A stretch of DNA of 64,000 nucleotides, taken from positions 806,001 to 870,000 of the forward strand of contig JAPETS010000006.1 in NCBI GenBank assembly GCA_026023565.1, given 5' to 3'. Origin of the DNA: Cirrosporium novae-zelandiae. Its lineage: Eukaryota. A model generated the notes under the pieces. The model worked only from the letters and a program-made list of their open reading frames with translations. It made no database searches and was not told the origin of the DNA. The position numbers were made by a program, and so were the translations under genes. The number at the start of each line of letters is the position of its first letter. Position 1 is the stretch's first letter. Below are positions 39,650-54,121 of this stretch, one piece after another.

Positions 39650-40973
39650 TCACCTGCTTGACCTTCCTCCTCGAAATGGTCTTTCATCCCCGTACCGAGT
39701 CTTCTCCTCCTCCCCATCACTATTCCCGCCAAGCGTCATCTCTGTTTCTGTGACGCTCGTCTTGCTGCTACCGTCCTTGGGCTCCGCTTCATCTCTCGTG
39801 ATGACCACATTTGTAGTCTTCATGATTCCGGCACCCGTGAATGGATCTCCCATGTCGCCGAAGCCATCACCCCCATTGACCGTATCCTTTCGATCTCCTG
39901 AGGTAATGTCTGCAAAGTGGATGCCTCCTTGGGTGTTGGGTGAGACCACGCCGGTGAGACGGCCAGTCTTGCTGGGGCCGGCGTTCTTGGAACGTGGGCC
40001 GGATTTGGGGTTTGAGGTGAGCTCGGTGGGGTAGGTGTGGTTTTCAGAGGTTGAGGAGAGAGCGCCTGCGCGGAAGCCGTGTTGGCGGGAACGCGAGACG
40101 CGGGAAATAAGTTCAGCCATGGTCATTTCGATGTTGAGTTTTACAAGATAGGCCAATGGATGAAACTGCATATCTAAGAAAGCGTTAGAATACAAAATCT
40201 CTTCTCTAGATTGCCTTGGTAAAAACTTACAGACAAAGGTGTTGTGAAGACTCATTGTTCCAATAATCATCACATCCATGCCCAACGAAAACCCGATGAT
40301 CAGAATGTTGAATCTGACGAGGGGTTTATACTTCGAAAGACCCTGGGCAACAAGCTTCTCTTTGACAATGTAAATGAAATAGAAATTCAGAGCTGCATCA
40401 ACAATAAGATAGATGACCTTTTCGCAACGATCCCAGATATTATTGAGGGTGATATATTTCTCTGAGATTTGCAACCTGGCGGGAATCCAAATACAGTACA
40501 CAGAAATGTTGATGGCTGTAATGATGGCTGCAATGCTAAATTTGATCCAGAAAGCCTTTCTGCGATCAACCAGCAAAACGGCAACTCGATTGACAATAAT
40601 CTGTAGGAGGAACTGGACTTGGAGGGCCCAAAGCGTAACTGTTCTTGAATCAGTACATGGTACTTATAGATAACCGAACCATTGAAAACTGCATACCCAT
40701 TGCAAAGTAAAACGCAAAACTCGGAGGTATAGTCTCATTTAGATGGAGCCAGCAAACAATGCTAAAGACTGTGCAGACCACCGTTTCTAACCAGATCATC
40801 CACACATAAGGCTTGTTCAAATCCGAATTGGTACGGATTTTGTCTGTTTGCCGCATTACTTTCCATGCTGTCAAAAATCCAAACCCAAGTGTGAAGCCCC
40901 AAGCAAGACTGGCAATTTTCATGTCCTGCTCGGTGGACGGAATGGGCACATAGTTAGAGGGGAGTAGAGACAT
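39650..40973 (-). CDS. Conserved fungal multi-pass (about 7 TM) membrane protein of unknown function
   Basis: MSLLPSNY..IASLAWGFTLGFGFLTAW, LWALQVQFLLQIIVNR, WIPARLQIS, WDRCEKVIYLIVDAALN, MQFHPLAYLVKLNIEM. Two introns (~40640-40696, ~40174-40230). Confidence 0.88.
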
Positions 40974-42654
40974 GATAGCTGTTGATAGTGTGTGGCTGCT
41001 TAAAGAATGAATGGTACAAGGACAACAAGCTTGGTTGCTGTAGAGGTACCGGGAAGCAGCAGCAAAAGTACAGCACAACACAGATGTTATAAAAACTAGA
41101 TAGAAGAAAATGAGGGGAGACTGGAGAAATAGAAAGGATATGCCTTAGAAGATATGTGGCCCCCAAAAGGAGCCATGGGTGATAATTTAGAGGTTCGGGC
41201 GATGAACCATATTCTCGAGAAGCTTGTCCCTGTGGATCAACCGTGCTTGGTTGGCCTTCAGATAAGTGATCGTCGGAGCAGCAATTCCAGTTCGAAATTC
41301 TCATCATGGTTACTCTAGGCAGGTTGCATTTTCTCTATAATGCGCACTTGGATAAAACGGTATTACCCACCAATGCGCCTCCTCAAACCTTGTGTCGGTA
41401 GAGGGTAGGTTGATAGCTAGGTGTAATTTTACCAAATCAGAAGGCTCTGGTCCATATGCACCATGGAGCCTAAGCACCAGGTCGAGGCAAAGAATAAAGA
41501 GAGTGCAGAGGGATCCGGACGAAGGGTTGTTTAGCAGCGTTTGGATCGATCATACACCGGAGGCTCCGCACGACAGTCTAGGTATGTTAGCCTAACTAAT
41601 CGGGACTTTGCCCTGGAGCCCTTGGAGTGATGACTATGCTTTAACGATCAAATTTGGCGACCAAAGCTTATAATATATATGAAAATGAACAAAAACACCA
41701 TGGATAGTCACAGGGGATACTTTTTGACATGCTTTTCTGTCCATGAACGTTTGTTCATCCATGATCCCGAAGCGCCCCGAGAGTGATCCAATGAAATCCT
41801 CATGGTAGACGGTGGTGGGCTGAGTTTCAACACTGTCAAATGTCACTCAGACTGTTCGTTGGATTCAGTACAGGTGTTCGGTCATGGGTCCATTTAGTTC
41901 CAAAGTGAATGGATCCGCGTAATGGATTTTGGTAAAAACTGGTACCATTTCACCAGATTTGTGGTGGAGTTGACTTTCGGGGAGATGGCAAATCATACAT
42001 AGTACGCCTTGTGGAGTCCAGAGTTGACCAGAAGTTGTGATGGCATAATCAACACACAGATCATTTATGTATGCATGCATTCAGCAATTATTTGCATAGC
42101 TAAAGGATAAAAATATGAAATAAAACCCCCATCTGAACTTGATGTTACTGGGTTGGGTCAACTGCGGTTGAATTTTTCTTGTCTTGGCTGCTTTCGAGTG
42201 GACTATCAAGGGGGGGGGTGCCATACAACGTGGCTGACAGCTTTCAAATGTCTTCTCGAGACGTTGAATGAATTACCAAGAGTGTCAACCATGTGCCAGC
42301 CTTTATTGACGCAAATAATCTTACAGAAATCTTCCATATAAGTTATAACTTAAAAACACTAGACAAGCCAAGTCAGAAAAGTAATTACAAACTTTTTTCT
42401 TAGCTAGTCGGCTAGACTTCCTTCCCCCCTTCCACTTCCCTGCCTCCCCCAAATCTCGTATTACAAAAAGAGATCAAGGGGAGATCAAAGAGATCAACGT
42501 CAAGGGCTCTGCTAATCCGATAAATAGCCAAATGCCAATAAACCCTTGGAACATGTCTAAGTGCCCAAGCCTACAAATAATAATGTAGTGGCAGTCGCTT
42601 ATCCTCTTATGATCTGGTTCACTTCATCATATCTATACTATCTATCTATACTAT

Positions 42655-44174
42655 CTATACTTCTTTATTCGCGACTTCCAGTTTTTCCATAGCGTCCTCC
42701 ACCCCCGCTCCAAGGCTGACCTTCTCCTTTTCTTTCCCTTCTAGTGATCCATCTGGTTGCGCAACAACTTGCGCATCCTCGTTTTTCTTTCCTGCTCCTG
42801 GATGTCGGCTTCCCTTGTTCTTAACTTTCTTCTGCTTCTTTTGGGTATCTACTGTTGGATATGCTTCCTTCTCTAACTGCTGCCATTCGCTATTGGACTC
42901 GAACTCGGCTCGAATCGGCTCGAGTAAAACATTCAAGGCTTTGGTGACACCGCTTTTGAGTAATTGGGGGGTAAGCTATGAATAATTAATACCCCTCTCG
43001 AGAACATAGTAAAAGTCTGTGTCCGCAACAAGCAACGTACAGCCACGTGCGTGGTTGAAGGCCTTCCGAGTACACCACTTCTTGTTTTACATTTGCTTTC
43101 GGGTCAAGTGCCGGATTGCCATGCTGCGAGAAACGGTAAAAATTGTATGAAAAGTACTCACTATGTCGTTTTTGTAGTCCTCCTTCAGCTTCTCTATATC
43201 AGTGTATTCTAGAGGTGGCTCTTCTCTTTTTTCCACCACAAACCTTCCCTTCCCGTTATTCTTCAGTGCACTGATAGGCAGCAAGACATATTCCACAAAT
43301 GAAATAATGCCATTCCCTTCGACTTCCTTTGGGACCGCGAAAGCCTTTTTCAACTTCTTCTCAACGACCTTGGGCTCCTCCAACAGATCAATCTTCGAAT
43401 CTGGGTCTGATGCAGACATCTTCCCACCTGCCAGGCCTGGGACCATTGGATTCATGAGATGTGCTCGTGTTCCGTATCCATCCTTGACTTGCTTCCCTGG
43501 TGGGCCTATCTTTCCTGATACTTCGGCTGCTAAAGCAAATATTTTCCTCTGGTCTGCTCCTCCAAACTGAACATCTACCTTTAAGTGTACCTCATCCAGT
43601 GTCTGCATAAGAGGGTAAATCAATCCACTCAGTGGCGCGTTGGCTGACTGTTTGACGACCTCAGCTCCTGCTTTCTTGGAATCATGCTCTGAAACCATTG
43701 AGCTCAACTTGAACAAGTCCATTGTGTATTCTGGCGTTAACTGGTAACTGCTGCCCAATATGAATTCTAATTTATCAATCGAGACACCGACGGCCTTCAA
43801 GGCGGCTTGGATGACATATTTGTAGTAACCCGCTCGTACTTTGACCAAGTCGATCGGGGCTTTGAGGTTATCTAAGAATCCGTGAATATCGGCCAAGAGA
43901 ATTTTAACATGGCAACCGGCGTGTAGAAGCTGTGCGATTTTTACCATGGGAACAAAATAGCCGCAATGAGGTCGTCCAGTCGTTGCACTCCCTAGGCATG
44001 AGTCAGTCACCGTAGCAGTGAATATAGATAAAGTAATAACAGACCCCAGTAAACCACCGGTGATCTTTTCTGGTTGAAAATTATGTCTTCAATGATATCA
44101 GGTCGCATAACCTCTTGGAGGTTCTGAAAGATCAGATCGATCTGTTCTTGCGGTGTTAGTTCGGATCCCGCCAT
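42655..44174 (-). CDS. TYS1: Cytosolic tyrosyl-tRNA synthetase
   Basis: Exon 1 MAGSELTP..NLQEV..VYWG, then SATTGRPHCGY (HIGH-like), LLADIHGFLDN, QFGGADQRK, GGKMSAS (KMSKS-like). Introns ~43993-44044 and 42976-43161. Confidence 0.97.
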
Positions 44175-45732
44175 GGTGGCTGTGATTTGAACAATTATTA
44201 TTTGAGGGTGTAGAAAGTAGGGTCGAGATTGTTGGATGTCTTCCTCAAACCGGGGAAATTTCCATAAGTACCTAGGTAGGTAGCAGAGCTTAGGACAGGT
44301 ATACTAAATGACTGAAACTGTTGACTGTTTCTCTTGATCTCGCTGGTAAGAAAGGTTCCCCAGAGAAATATCGGAGTGAGTCATGTGATCTCGTGGATTA
44401 TCTGTCTTTGACTCACTGATTAACAGTGGGGTAAATTGTATCTCGTTTCACATAATTTCATATCCTTTCGCAAGATCATTAAACGGGATATCTAATTAGC
44501 TACCTAGGTATAGAATCATAATTTCTTTAAGATTACTTTCAGCTTCAACTTATTTGAATATACAGCTCACATGGGATGAATGATTTAATCCTAGAAAATT
44601 TACGTCACTAATTACTTTCTTGGGACATAATATTGAATCATTTTCTTTTGGGAAAAATTACAGCAACCAGAATGTGCTCCATCCAAATAATTTGTTCCTT
44701 CAAATCATAGATCTAGGGTATTAGCCCTAGGCCAAGGTCATCAAAGACCCTTAATGTGTTTATCGGACGTGCGGACGTGCGGACGTACTGTAGACAAAGA
44801 GATGGGGAAGTGCATCAGGGCTTGAATGATTCAAGAACATCTAGCTTTTACTACTGCCAACACTCTTTTTTTTTTCAGTTTTAGCGTTTGTAGACGTCCA
44901 CGTTTGGAACTAGGACACTGTAATCCTGTGAAAAAGGATTGACGGTCATAACACAAGAGCAAATTGATCATTTTTCCATGGCTATGATCCAATCAGAGCT
45001 AACTCGATTGATCAGATGGCATCGTCGATGCAGGCTTGTTCATAAGCTCCGGAGACGTGTTACAAGCCGGCAGTGGTGTTGCCCCATTTATGATATTGAA
45101 ATTTGCATTCTCCCCACATAGATGCAGAGGCCAGCAAAGAATAGTAAAGTTGAGATCTGAATATAATATCTTCGATCAAGATGAAAGTAGGTCTGGGGGT
45201 CCTTCCCACTGGCACACCAATTGCATTGTCGCATGTCGCAAATTGGAGGGTGGGAAAGATTCTTTGTATTCCGGAGTGGCCGTACCATTGACCGAGTCCC
45301 CTATGGCGATGTTGTGTCTCCCAACTTCCCAAGACCTTCCCAAAGGCTGAGACTTGTAACCAATGGATGGAACAGGACGGGAGAGAGAACAAAGGCTATC
45401 TACCTGGCAACCTTGTGATGACTATTTTAAACACACGTGGCCTTGTGGATTGATGATGGGCATAATGTAGTGGAATGTAATGGAATATGTGTCTTGCCTT
45501 GTTCTTGAATGTGTGTGAAGGCAAACACATGGCTTTGGTAGAGCCGAATGTGGAGAGACATAAGTTTCATAATTAACATGATGTGATAATTAAAGGTATA
45601 TGTTGCATAGCAGTATATGGATACCTGGATACATAACAATGAAAGCAAAAAAAGGATTATTTCAATTTATGAGTTATGATATACCTTGATAGATATAATG
45701 TTCAGATTGTGCGGGTTATTTCCTGGAGATTA

Positions 45733-45780
45733 TGCCATAGTGCCATAGTGCCATAGTGCCATAGTGCCATAGTTCCATAG
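45733..45780. repeat. 8-bp tandem repeat (TGCCATAG)x6 upstream of adenylate cyclase
   Basis: Read directly; last copy TTCCATAG. Confidence 0.9.
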
Positions 45781-46243
45781 TATCGGATTATCCGCACGGA
45801 CCGCATTTCGCACACTTGCACTGGGCATAGCCGTGTCCCTCGTCCCCACTTTTTGGATGGCGATTTGGGCTACTTGGGCGACTTGGCGTTCAAAGGGTTC
45901 CCCTTCGCCGCATCTCTACCAAGCACAAGGCACACTCCATCCACCACACGCCCAACGGCCTATATTTCCAGATATTATAATCTGATAATTACATCTTTCT
46001 CCTGCCGAGAATTGCACTACTAACCTCTAATCGCGTACCCTTATACCTTCGTTTTATCGCCCAAACCAAACCGAGAATCGCAATCCAAATGCCTCGCCAT
46101 TTGCTTTAACTCCTCTTCGCTTGCCCATCTGCGCAAGCTCTCTAGCTATCGCCGATCCATGCTTGGGACCTAACCCTTCAACGAGGTCTCCCTCAACTCG
46201 TCCTCCAACCCTTCCTGAGCTCTAACACCTGTTTCCCAACAAC

Positions 46244-49200
46244 ATGGCTCGGAGGAACGGCACCATCAACACGCGAAATGCTTCAGAGAGTTCCAAGGCT
46301 TCGAGCAGCAGCAGTTTGCGATCAGACGACACTGTGACGGAGGGTATCCCCGGAGCTGAAATGTCTCGCGCGACCACAAAGGATGGCATGAAACACCGGT
46401 TAGTACTTTCTGTCGCTTTACTACCAGGACAACTTCAGTCGACTTTAAATCCTTTTCATCTTCCACTATGAACCAAGCATGTGCATAGTTAATACCATCT
46501 CATCTACTTTCAGCGCATGGAAAGGTTGTAGTGAATGGATGGATGATTTCATGGCTACCATTTGGATAGCTCACCTCATTCTCACCTATCTCGATATACA
46601 ACCCTAAATTGGGGTTGAGACCTTGCAATCATCTATTTTCATGTCTTCTAGTACCGGGAAACCTAATGCTGACGCATTACTGCTTAGACTTCAGGAAGAT
46701 GCTCCGGGCCCACAATTTGCAGCCGAATCTAGCTTTCCGACAATACCATCTGCGACCAGCCCCGCGAAGAAGGCAAGAAGTGCCAAAGAGTTCGCGAATT
46801 ATCGGAGAGAGCTTTCTGTGCTGGAAACGGGAGGACCTTCATCGCAGAGTCAATCAGCTGCAGCTGCGCAAAATCCTCATATTATAACTTGGACAAAAGA
46901 TCGCCCTCAACCAATGTATATGACCCAGTTTGGAAATTTCTTCAACCCCGATTCTTTGGATCCACAAATCTCCCCAACCTTCCGTCCAGGAACATCAAGA
47001 ACCGGCATCAGTGACTCTCCTGATCATGGCTATTTCGGCGATGAGCGCAGGCCATCGGTTGCCAGCAACACCACTGTAAGTAGTCAAGGATCAAGATCAA
47101 GCACAAGTGGAGGTCGGTTTCATAAGCGATTACAAGGATTTTTTGGAGACGAGTTCCCTGGTCATTCCCAGCATGGTTCTGAAACCAGTTTGCCAATAAA
47201 TCTTCAGGGCGGTAGTCGAGATGCATTTAGACCACGAGATCGAACCAACTCGGTCAAAACCAATGGTACTGCTGATAGGCCAATTTCTCCGTCCAGCTCA
47301 AGACCAAGGACACCGGTACCATCGAGCGATGTCACTCCGTGGGTTTTTCAAAATCCAGATGTAAGTTCTTATTTCGGTTTATTTGGTCGTTGTCACAAGC
47401 TCCGCTCGTTATTGATACCGCTTTGCTTGCGAGACTGTGCAAAGACTCTATGTCCTTGTAAGATATGCTGTATATCTGCCGACTAAGTATTAAACTGTCC
47501 TGGTGTTTTCCCCTTGCTTGATACATGGATAACCAAGCATCATCACCATGCTTGCTTTTATATACTTCTGTTGAATATTTTTTGTGCTTGGAACTTTTGA
47601 GGTTGGCGGGATTACAGTCCATTCCGGATCCCGACAATGTTATTCTCCGGAAGGGAGTCGCGTTGAACCCTTCTTTGTACTTTCCATTTATACTGATATT
47701 TTATTACTTCAGGATATTTCCCAGTACGGCGATGCTCCGATAAGAGAATTGCCGACAGGCCCGGACAAAATTCGCTATGCAGCATCCGAAAGTAACGCAC
47801 CTATAGAACAAAATCATCATAAGATACATTTTCCAGGACATAGGCATTCAAGAAGCAAGGAAGAGACATCAAAAAGTAAAGATATTAGCCCAGGATACCC
47901 TCTTCGCCCAACAACCAGCAGAGATGAGACTAGCGTAAGTCTCCGACGGCTAAGAGACTACGGTATAAACCCTCGATCTGTATCAAAAGCCCGCTCAAGT
48001 AGTCCAACCCCAAGTACCGTCAGTGCCATGAGCCGGGAAACGCAACAGGACCAAAGATCTTTGAATGGTTCCGCAAAACGATCATTGTTTGACAAGTTAC
48101 GACGACATAAACCTGCTGTTGCTGACACCCTCAAGGCCCTGCCAGGTTCCTCGCGATCCCTAGGGGAGAGCAGCAGACAACCACGAATGGCAAGGCCAGA
48201 GCCTTCTCCCGGGAACAAGCCTGGTGATCGGAATGCATCCCCTTTCGAATCCCAAAAAGGATCCGAAGCCGCCGGCGTAGATCAGTCACAGCAGAGAAAA
48301 GACGCAAATAAAAATGCTGTCCACGCACGGTTCAGAGGGAAGCGAAATGTCAGTTACGAAACTGGTGGTGGTAAAGATGTCAAAACGCGATCTGGCTCAG
48401 AGGCGGGAGCTGAAAATTCTTTATGGGACCTTGATACAGATTTAGACCATATGGAAGGTATTATCAGCCAGCCGGTTCCTGGAACTCCTCCTGGAAACCC
48501 TATTTTTGCCGGATACCCAGCAAGTGATGAGGGACAGACTGGACCAAAGAATCCCATCTTGCTAAACGAAACGGGGGCCTGGGATGCCCCTGACAGCTGG
48601 GCTGTCAAGAAAGTCGATGAGACCGTGGAAAAGCTTGGGGAAATTGACGAGGAGGGTATCCCCCAGAAACTCGAAGAGGACACGACACCGCATTGTGTGC
48701 GAGTATTCCGAGTTGACTCGACTTTTGCAACACTCTCAACAAGTGCCAATACAACCGTAGCCGACATCCTCCAAATACTTGGGCGAAAATCATTTCTCCA
48801 GGATGAGCTGGGAAATTATCAAATCATCATGCGCAAACATGATCTCCACCGCCAGCTCCAACCCGGCGAGCGACCAATCGCGATGCAGAGGCGCCTCCTA
48901 GAACAAGCCGGGTATACTTCCAACGACCGGATTGAAGATATCGGCAGGGAAGACAACAGCTATCTAATTCGGTTCACTTTTGTACCTACTAAGCTCACTG
49001 GCTTCTACAGTCTCGACAGGGACCCGGGGTTTGGTAAATCTCAGAAGTTCAGCCACGTTGACCTGCAAGGTCGAAATCTTGCCGCCATTCCTATCTCTTT
49101 GTATCAAAAGTCAGCTGACATTGTTTCCTTGAACCTATCTCGAAATCTCGCTCTGGATGTGCCGAAGGATTTCATCCAGGGGTGTATCAATTTACGGGAG

Positions 49201-52200
49201 ATCAAATACACTGGAAATGAAGCTTGGAGGTTGCCTCCTAGTCTAAGCTTGGCAAGCAGGTTAACTGTCCTTGATATCTCCAACAACCGTCTCGAGCAGC
49301 TGGAGCATGCTCACCTGGACCAGCTCTCTGAGCTCATTAGCATCAAACTCTCTAATAATAAGCTCAAATACCTTCCGTCTTATTTTGGAAAGTTTAGGTG
49401 TTTGCGCAACCTCAGTCTGTCTTCGAATTCATTTGAAGAAGTCCCAGAGTTTTTAGGACAACTCAACTCGCTAGTCGAATTGGATATTAGTTTCAATGAG
49501 ATAAAGACATTGCCCAAATTGGACCACTTGGTATCATTGGAAAGACTATGGGCGACTAATAATAAGCTTTCTGGAGCCTTCGATGACAGCTTCAAGAATC
49601 TTGCAAGACTGAAGGAGCTTGACCTACGCTTCAATTTTATCACCAGTATAGATGTTTTTTCACATCTCCCACGTCTAGAACAACTGCTCGTTGGCCATAA
49701 TGCAATCTCCAGGTTCGAGGGGACCTTTAACAAGCTCAAGGTTCTACAGATGGACCATAATCCTACAACGAGATTCCACATCACTCAACCAATTCCAACG
49801 CTTACCATCCTTAATATAGCCTCCGCAAAGCTCTCCCAACTTGACAAAGAGTTGTTTGAGCGGATCCCAAATGTCACCAAACTGAATCTCGACAAGAATC
49901 ACTTCAGCAGTATTGCCAGCGAGATCAGCAAATTAGGACGCCTGGAACATCTGAGTATGGCTAAAAATCCTCTTAACAATCTTCCCTCCCAGATTGGCTG
50001 CCTCACCGAGTTGAAGTTTTTGAATCTTCGGGAGTGCAATCTCAAACTCCTCCCTCCTGGTATTTGGTTCTGTTTGAAATTGGAGACCCTCAACATCTCT
50101 TGCAATGTCCTTGATGCTTTCCCTAAGTTCACTGCTGCCACGGCACCACCTGATTCCACACAGTCGAGCAAACTCGGTACCCCAGCCACAACTCCAGGTC
50201 TTAATTCCAGTCCCAGTTTTGAAGAGCTTGGCAAGCTTGAAGAATTTGGCCAAAGGCGACCGAGTCAAGCATCAAGTGGGTTAGCATCCAGTGGGATGTC
50301 ATCAAGTGGGTTCTTGGGGGTTTCCTCTGGTACATCAATTCGAAAGGCTTCGGTGGCATCATCCCAGGGATACGGGGCAAGAAAGGTTTCTCGAACACCA
50401 ACAGAAGGGACGGTTACCGGTCGCAAGGACTCCAGTCACTCGAATCGCCTGGCGACAACGTTTGCAGGCAGCCTCCGGAATCTTTATCTGGCGGATAACA
50501 GGCTGGATGATGATGTCTTCCGGGAACTTTCCATCTTACCGGAGTTGAGGGTCTTGAACCTGTCGTATAACGATCTTACCGACTTCCCTCAAGGTTACCT
50601 CAGACGTTGGCCAAATCTTGCGGAGCTATATTTGTCCGGGAACGAGTTGACGTCGCTTCCTTCAGATGATCTAGAGGATAGCAGCACTTTGAGAGTGCTT
50701 CATATCAACGGAAATAGGTTTCAAGTTCTTCCCGCTGAACTCTGCAAGGTTAAGAAGCTGGCGACCCTGGATGTTGGTTGCAATTCGCTTAAATATAATG
50801 TTTCCAACTGGCCTTATGATTGGAACTGGAACTGGAATCGAAATCTCAAATATTTGAACTTCTCCGGTAACAAGAGGTTGGAGATCAAGCCCAGCATATC
50901 TTTTGGCGCTGCTATTGGAACAACAAGCAAGGATCTTACAAGTTTCAACTCCCTCACATATTTAAGGGTCCTGGGTTTGATGGATGTTACTTTGACCAGC
51001 CCCATGATTCCAGATCAAACCGAAGATCGCCGGGTTCGAACTACTGGTTCAATGGTCGGTGCAATGGCGTACGGAATGGCAGACACACTGGGCCGTAATG
51101 AGCATTTATCGACTATAGATCTTGTGATTCCAAGGTTCCGCAGTCATGAAATGGAAACTGTAATTGGAATGTTTGACGGTCAGTCATTGTCAAGCGGAGG
51201 TTCCAAGATCGCCAAATACCTTCATGAAACATTCCAATTCCAGTTTGCCGATGAACTGGACAGGTTGCGAACCGACAATGGCGAAACCCCTATAGATGCT
51301 TTGAGAAGAACATTTCTAGCCGTTAACAAGGACCTAGCATCTGCCGCGAACATGTCAACAGACGAGAAAGAACTTCGAACCCCTTATGCCCACCGGGGCT
51401 CAAGTGCTGCTCAGGTTCTCAGCAAGGATGACTTGGACTCTGGAGGTGTCGCAACTGTTCTTTACCTTCGAAACATGGAGCTTTTTGTTGCAAATGTTGG
51501 CGATATTCAAGCAATGCTTATGCATACAGATGGAAGCTTCCGATTTTTAACCAGGAAACATGACCCCGCTGAGACAGATGAACGAAAGCGTATCCGCGAT
51601 GCAGGAGGATATGTCTCTCGTCATGGCAAGCTCAACGATATTCTTGACGTGTCTCGAGCGTTTGGATATTTCCAATTCATGCCGTCCGTTATGGCTGCTC
51701 CTCATACCTTGCAAACGATGCTCAAGGAGCAAGATGAGATGATCCTTCTTGCTACGAAAGAGCTTTGGGATTTTGTAACCCCGGATGTTGTTGCAGACGT
51801 GGCTCGGTCCGAAAGAGGAGACCTTATGCGCGCTGCCCAAAAGGTTCGAGATCTAGCCATTGCCTTTGGGGCAACGAATAAGATCATGGTCATGATGATT
51901 AGGGTTAGTGACCTGAAGAAACGAGACCGGAATCGGTTTAGAGGCCAAAGCATGTCCTTTGGAAACTTCCTCGGTGATGAACAATTTCTACCCACCAAGC
52001 GTCCGAGGCGTGCTAGAGACGGCCCGGCAGACTCTACTCTTGCTAGATTGGACCAAGAAGTGGACGCGCCAGTTGGAGATGTTGCTATCATTTTTACCGA
52101 CATTAAAAGCTCTACAGCGCTTTGGGAAACCCATCCAATCGCCATGAGATCTGCTATTAAAACCCATAATGATCTTATGCGAAGACAGTTAAGGAATATA

Positions 52201-53214
52201 GGTGGCTACGAGGTCAAGACTGAGGGTGACGCTTTCATGGTTTCTTTCCAGACTGCAACCTCGGCACTTTTATGGTGCTTCTCTATGCAGAACCACTTAC
52301 TTGATGCAGAGTGGCCCAGGGAAATTCTCAATTGCGACTCTGCGAAAGAAGTTACCGACAATGATGGCAATATCATATACCGAGGTTTGTCTGTGAGGAT
52401 GGGTATTCACTGGGGCGCCCCAGTTTGTGAATTAGACCCAATAACGAAACGAATGGATTACTTCGGACCTATGGTCAACAGAGCATCTCGTATCTCTGCT
52501 GTTGCAGATGGTGGCCAGATTACCGTCTCGGGCGACTTCATCACCGAAATCCATAGAGCTCTTGAGTACTACGCCAACTTCGATCGATCAGCATCTGAAG
52601 GTTCTGACGAGTCATTTGTTGATGATGCGATCGGTCAGATAATTCGGCGCGACCTTCGAAATCTAAGCAGCCAAGGTTTTGAGATCAAAGACCTAGGAGA
52701 ACAAAAGCTGAAAGGTCTTGAAAATCCTGAGCTCGTGTACTTGATGTATCCTCATGCTCTAGCCGGTCGTGTTCAAGCTCAGGAAACGAGAGAAGAAGTC
52801 GAGACGGATGACAGTGCAGATCCGGTCACTCTATCTAGAGATAGTCAATTGGGCATCGAAGCAGACGAGGTTTGGAGTCTCTGGAAGGTCAGCCTACGTT
52901 TGGAGATGCTTTGCAGTGCTCTCGAGAACCCCCAGGCAAATGTATTAAGAGTACCAGAAGAGTTTGTTTTGGAAAGGATGAAGCAGCGCGCCGGAGAGGT
53001 TACAGATGGCTTCCTGGTGAATTTCATGGAGCATCAGGTGTCACGCATCGAGACATGCATTTCTACGCTCAATTTACGACATCTAGTGAAACCCTTCAAC
53101 CCCTATAGTCGATTGTCAGACTACGCAGCTCCGATTTCAGAGATATTCCAAAGCTTGGCAGAGCAGCTGCAAGAATTACAAGCACTCAAGGAAAGAGTGG
53201 GCCCTGATGCTTGA
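46244..53214 (+). CDS. CYR1: Fungal adenylate cyclase (RA, LRR, PP2C-like, class III cyclase domains)
   Basis: Exons 46244-46398, 46688-47360 and 47713-53214 splice in frame. WDAPDSW, RA-region HCVRVFRVDSTF, many LRRs, PP2C-like region, catalytic FTDIKSST / VKTEGDAFM / DYFGPMVNRASR. Confidence 0.97.
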
Positions 53215-54121
53215 TAAATGGGTTGGTACGGTATGGTTTGCAGCATTTACGCTTCTTTAGCAAGGTGCTTGGTGTCGGTAGGAAAGCAATTGGGTTTCTA
53301 ACTCTTGGTTAGATTCTGGGACGATTTTTTGATGGATGTTATGGTGGCTTCGTTGGATTATTTTTCACTTCCTGGTTAGCAGATGCATCAACGGCGGTGT
53401 TGACTGGCAATGATTAGGCTCTGCTTCTCTGACGATTGGATGGAATTATGACTTGAGCGTTCGTTCATGCAGGTCTGTGGATAAGCGGCTCCACCTCTGC
53501 CTCGTGTGCTTATTTCTTGAGGCATACATATATTCGCTCAAGCACCTACAAATACCTAGATGCTTTTTTTATTGTTGTCGATTAATTACACGACCTAATA
53601 ATTTCTACCTCAGGCCGGTTCAGGATCCGTACAATTTGTAGGCTAATGATTTAATTAATAGTTCAAGCAGGATGGATGCCTGAGGGGTGCCTGAGGGGTG
53701 CCTGAAGGTACTGGGATATACCCGGATATACCTGGGGGATAATTTTGGGTTAAAAGTGTGAAATGCTCAAAGGATAATACAAGATTTTGTCAAGTTGGCC
53801 GTGCCCCTCGGGGGCTTCCCCCCCTCGGACGGGATGTTTATTCCCGGGTGAGGGTCAAGGGGTGGGACGGCATGGAAGGGTTAACAGCGGAAGTTTCCGT
53901 GGACAAGGCGTAGTGACAGGGTTTTGTATGGGTTCGGGTATTAAGCGAGACAAGCCAATCTAATGAGTTTTGAGGGCTGAAGAGGAATTTTTCAAAACTG
54001 GGATCTAACTTTCCCCCGCCACCCTCGACTCCATATCAAAGTCTGCTCAACCCCCTCGTCCCCCTCAACCCCCTCAACCCCCCTCTGCCCCCCCCCCCTC
54101 GGAACTTATCCCCTTGCCCTT

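Noticed and set aside
41634..42080. Two same-frame minus-strand ORFs separated by TGAs
   Set aside because: No recognisable homology, so a pseudogene call cannot be supported.
53640..54121. Possible transposon TIR upstream of the MULE-DSD1 fusion
   Set aside because: Only short direct repeats and G/C runs; no match to the 32.4-kb TIR and no partner end seen.
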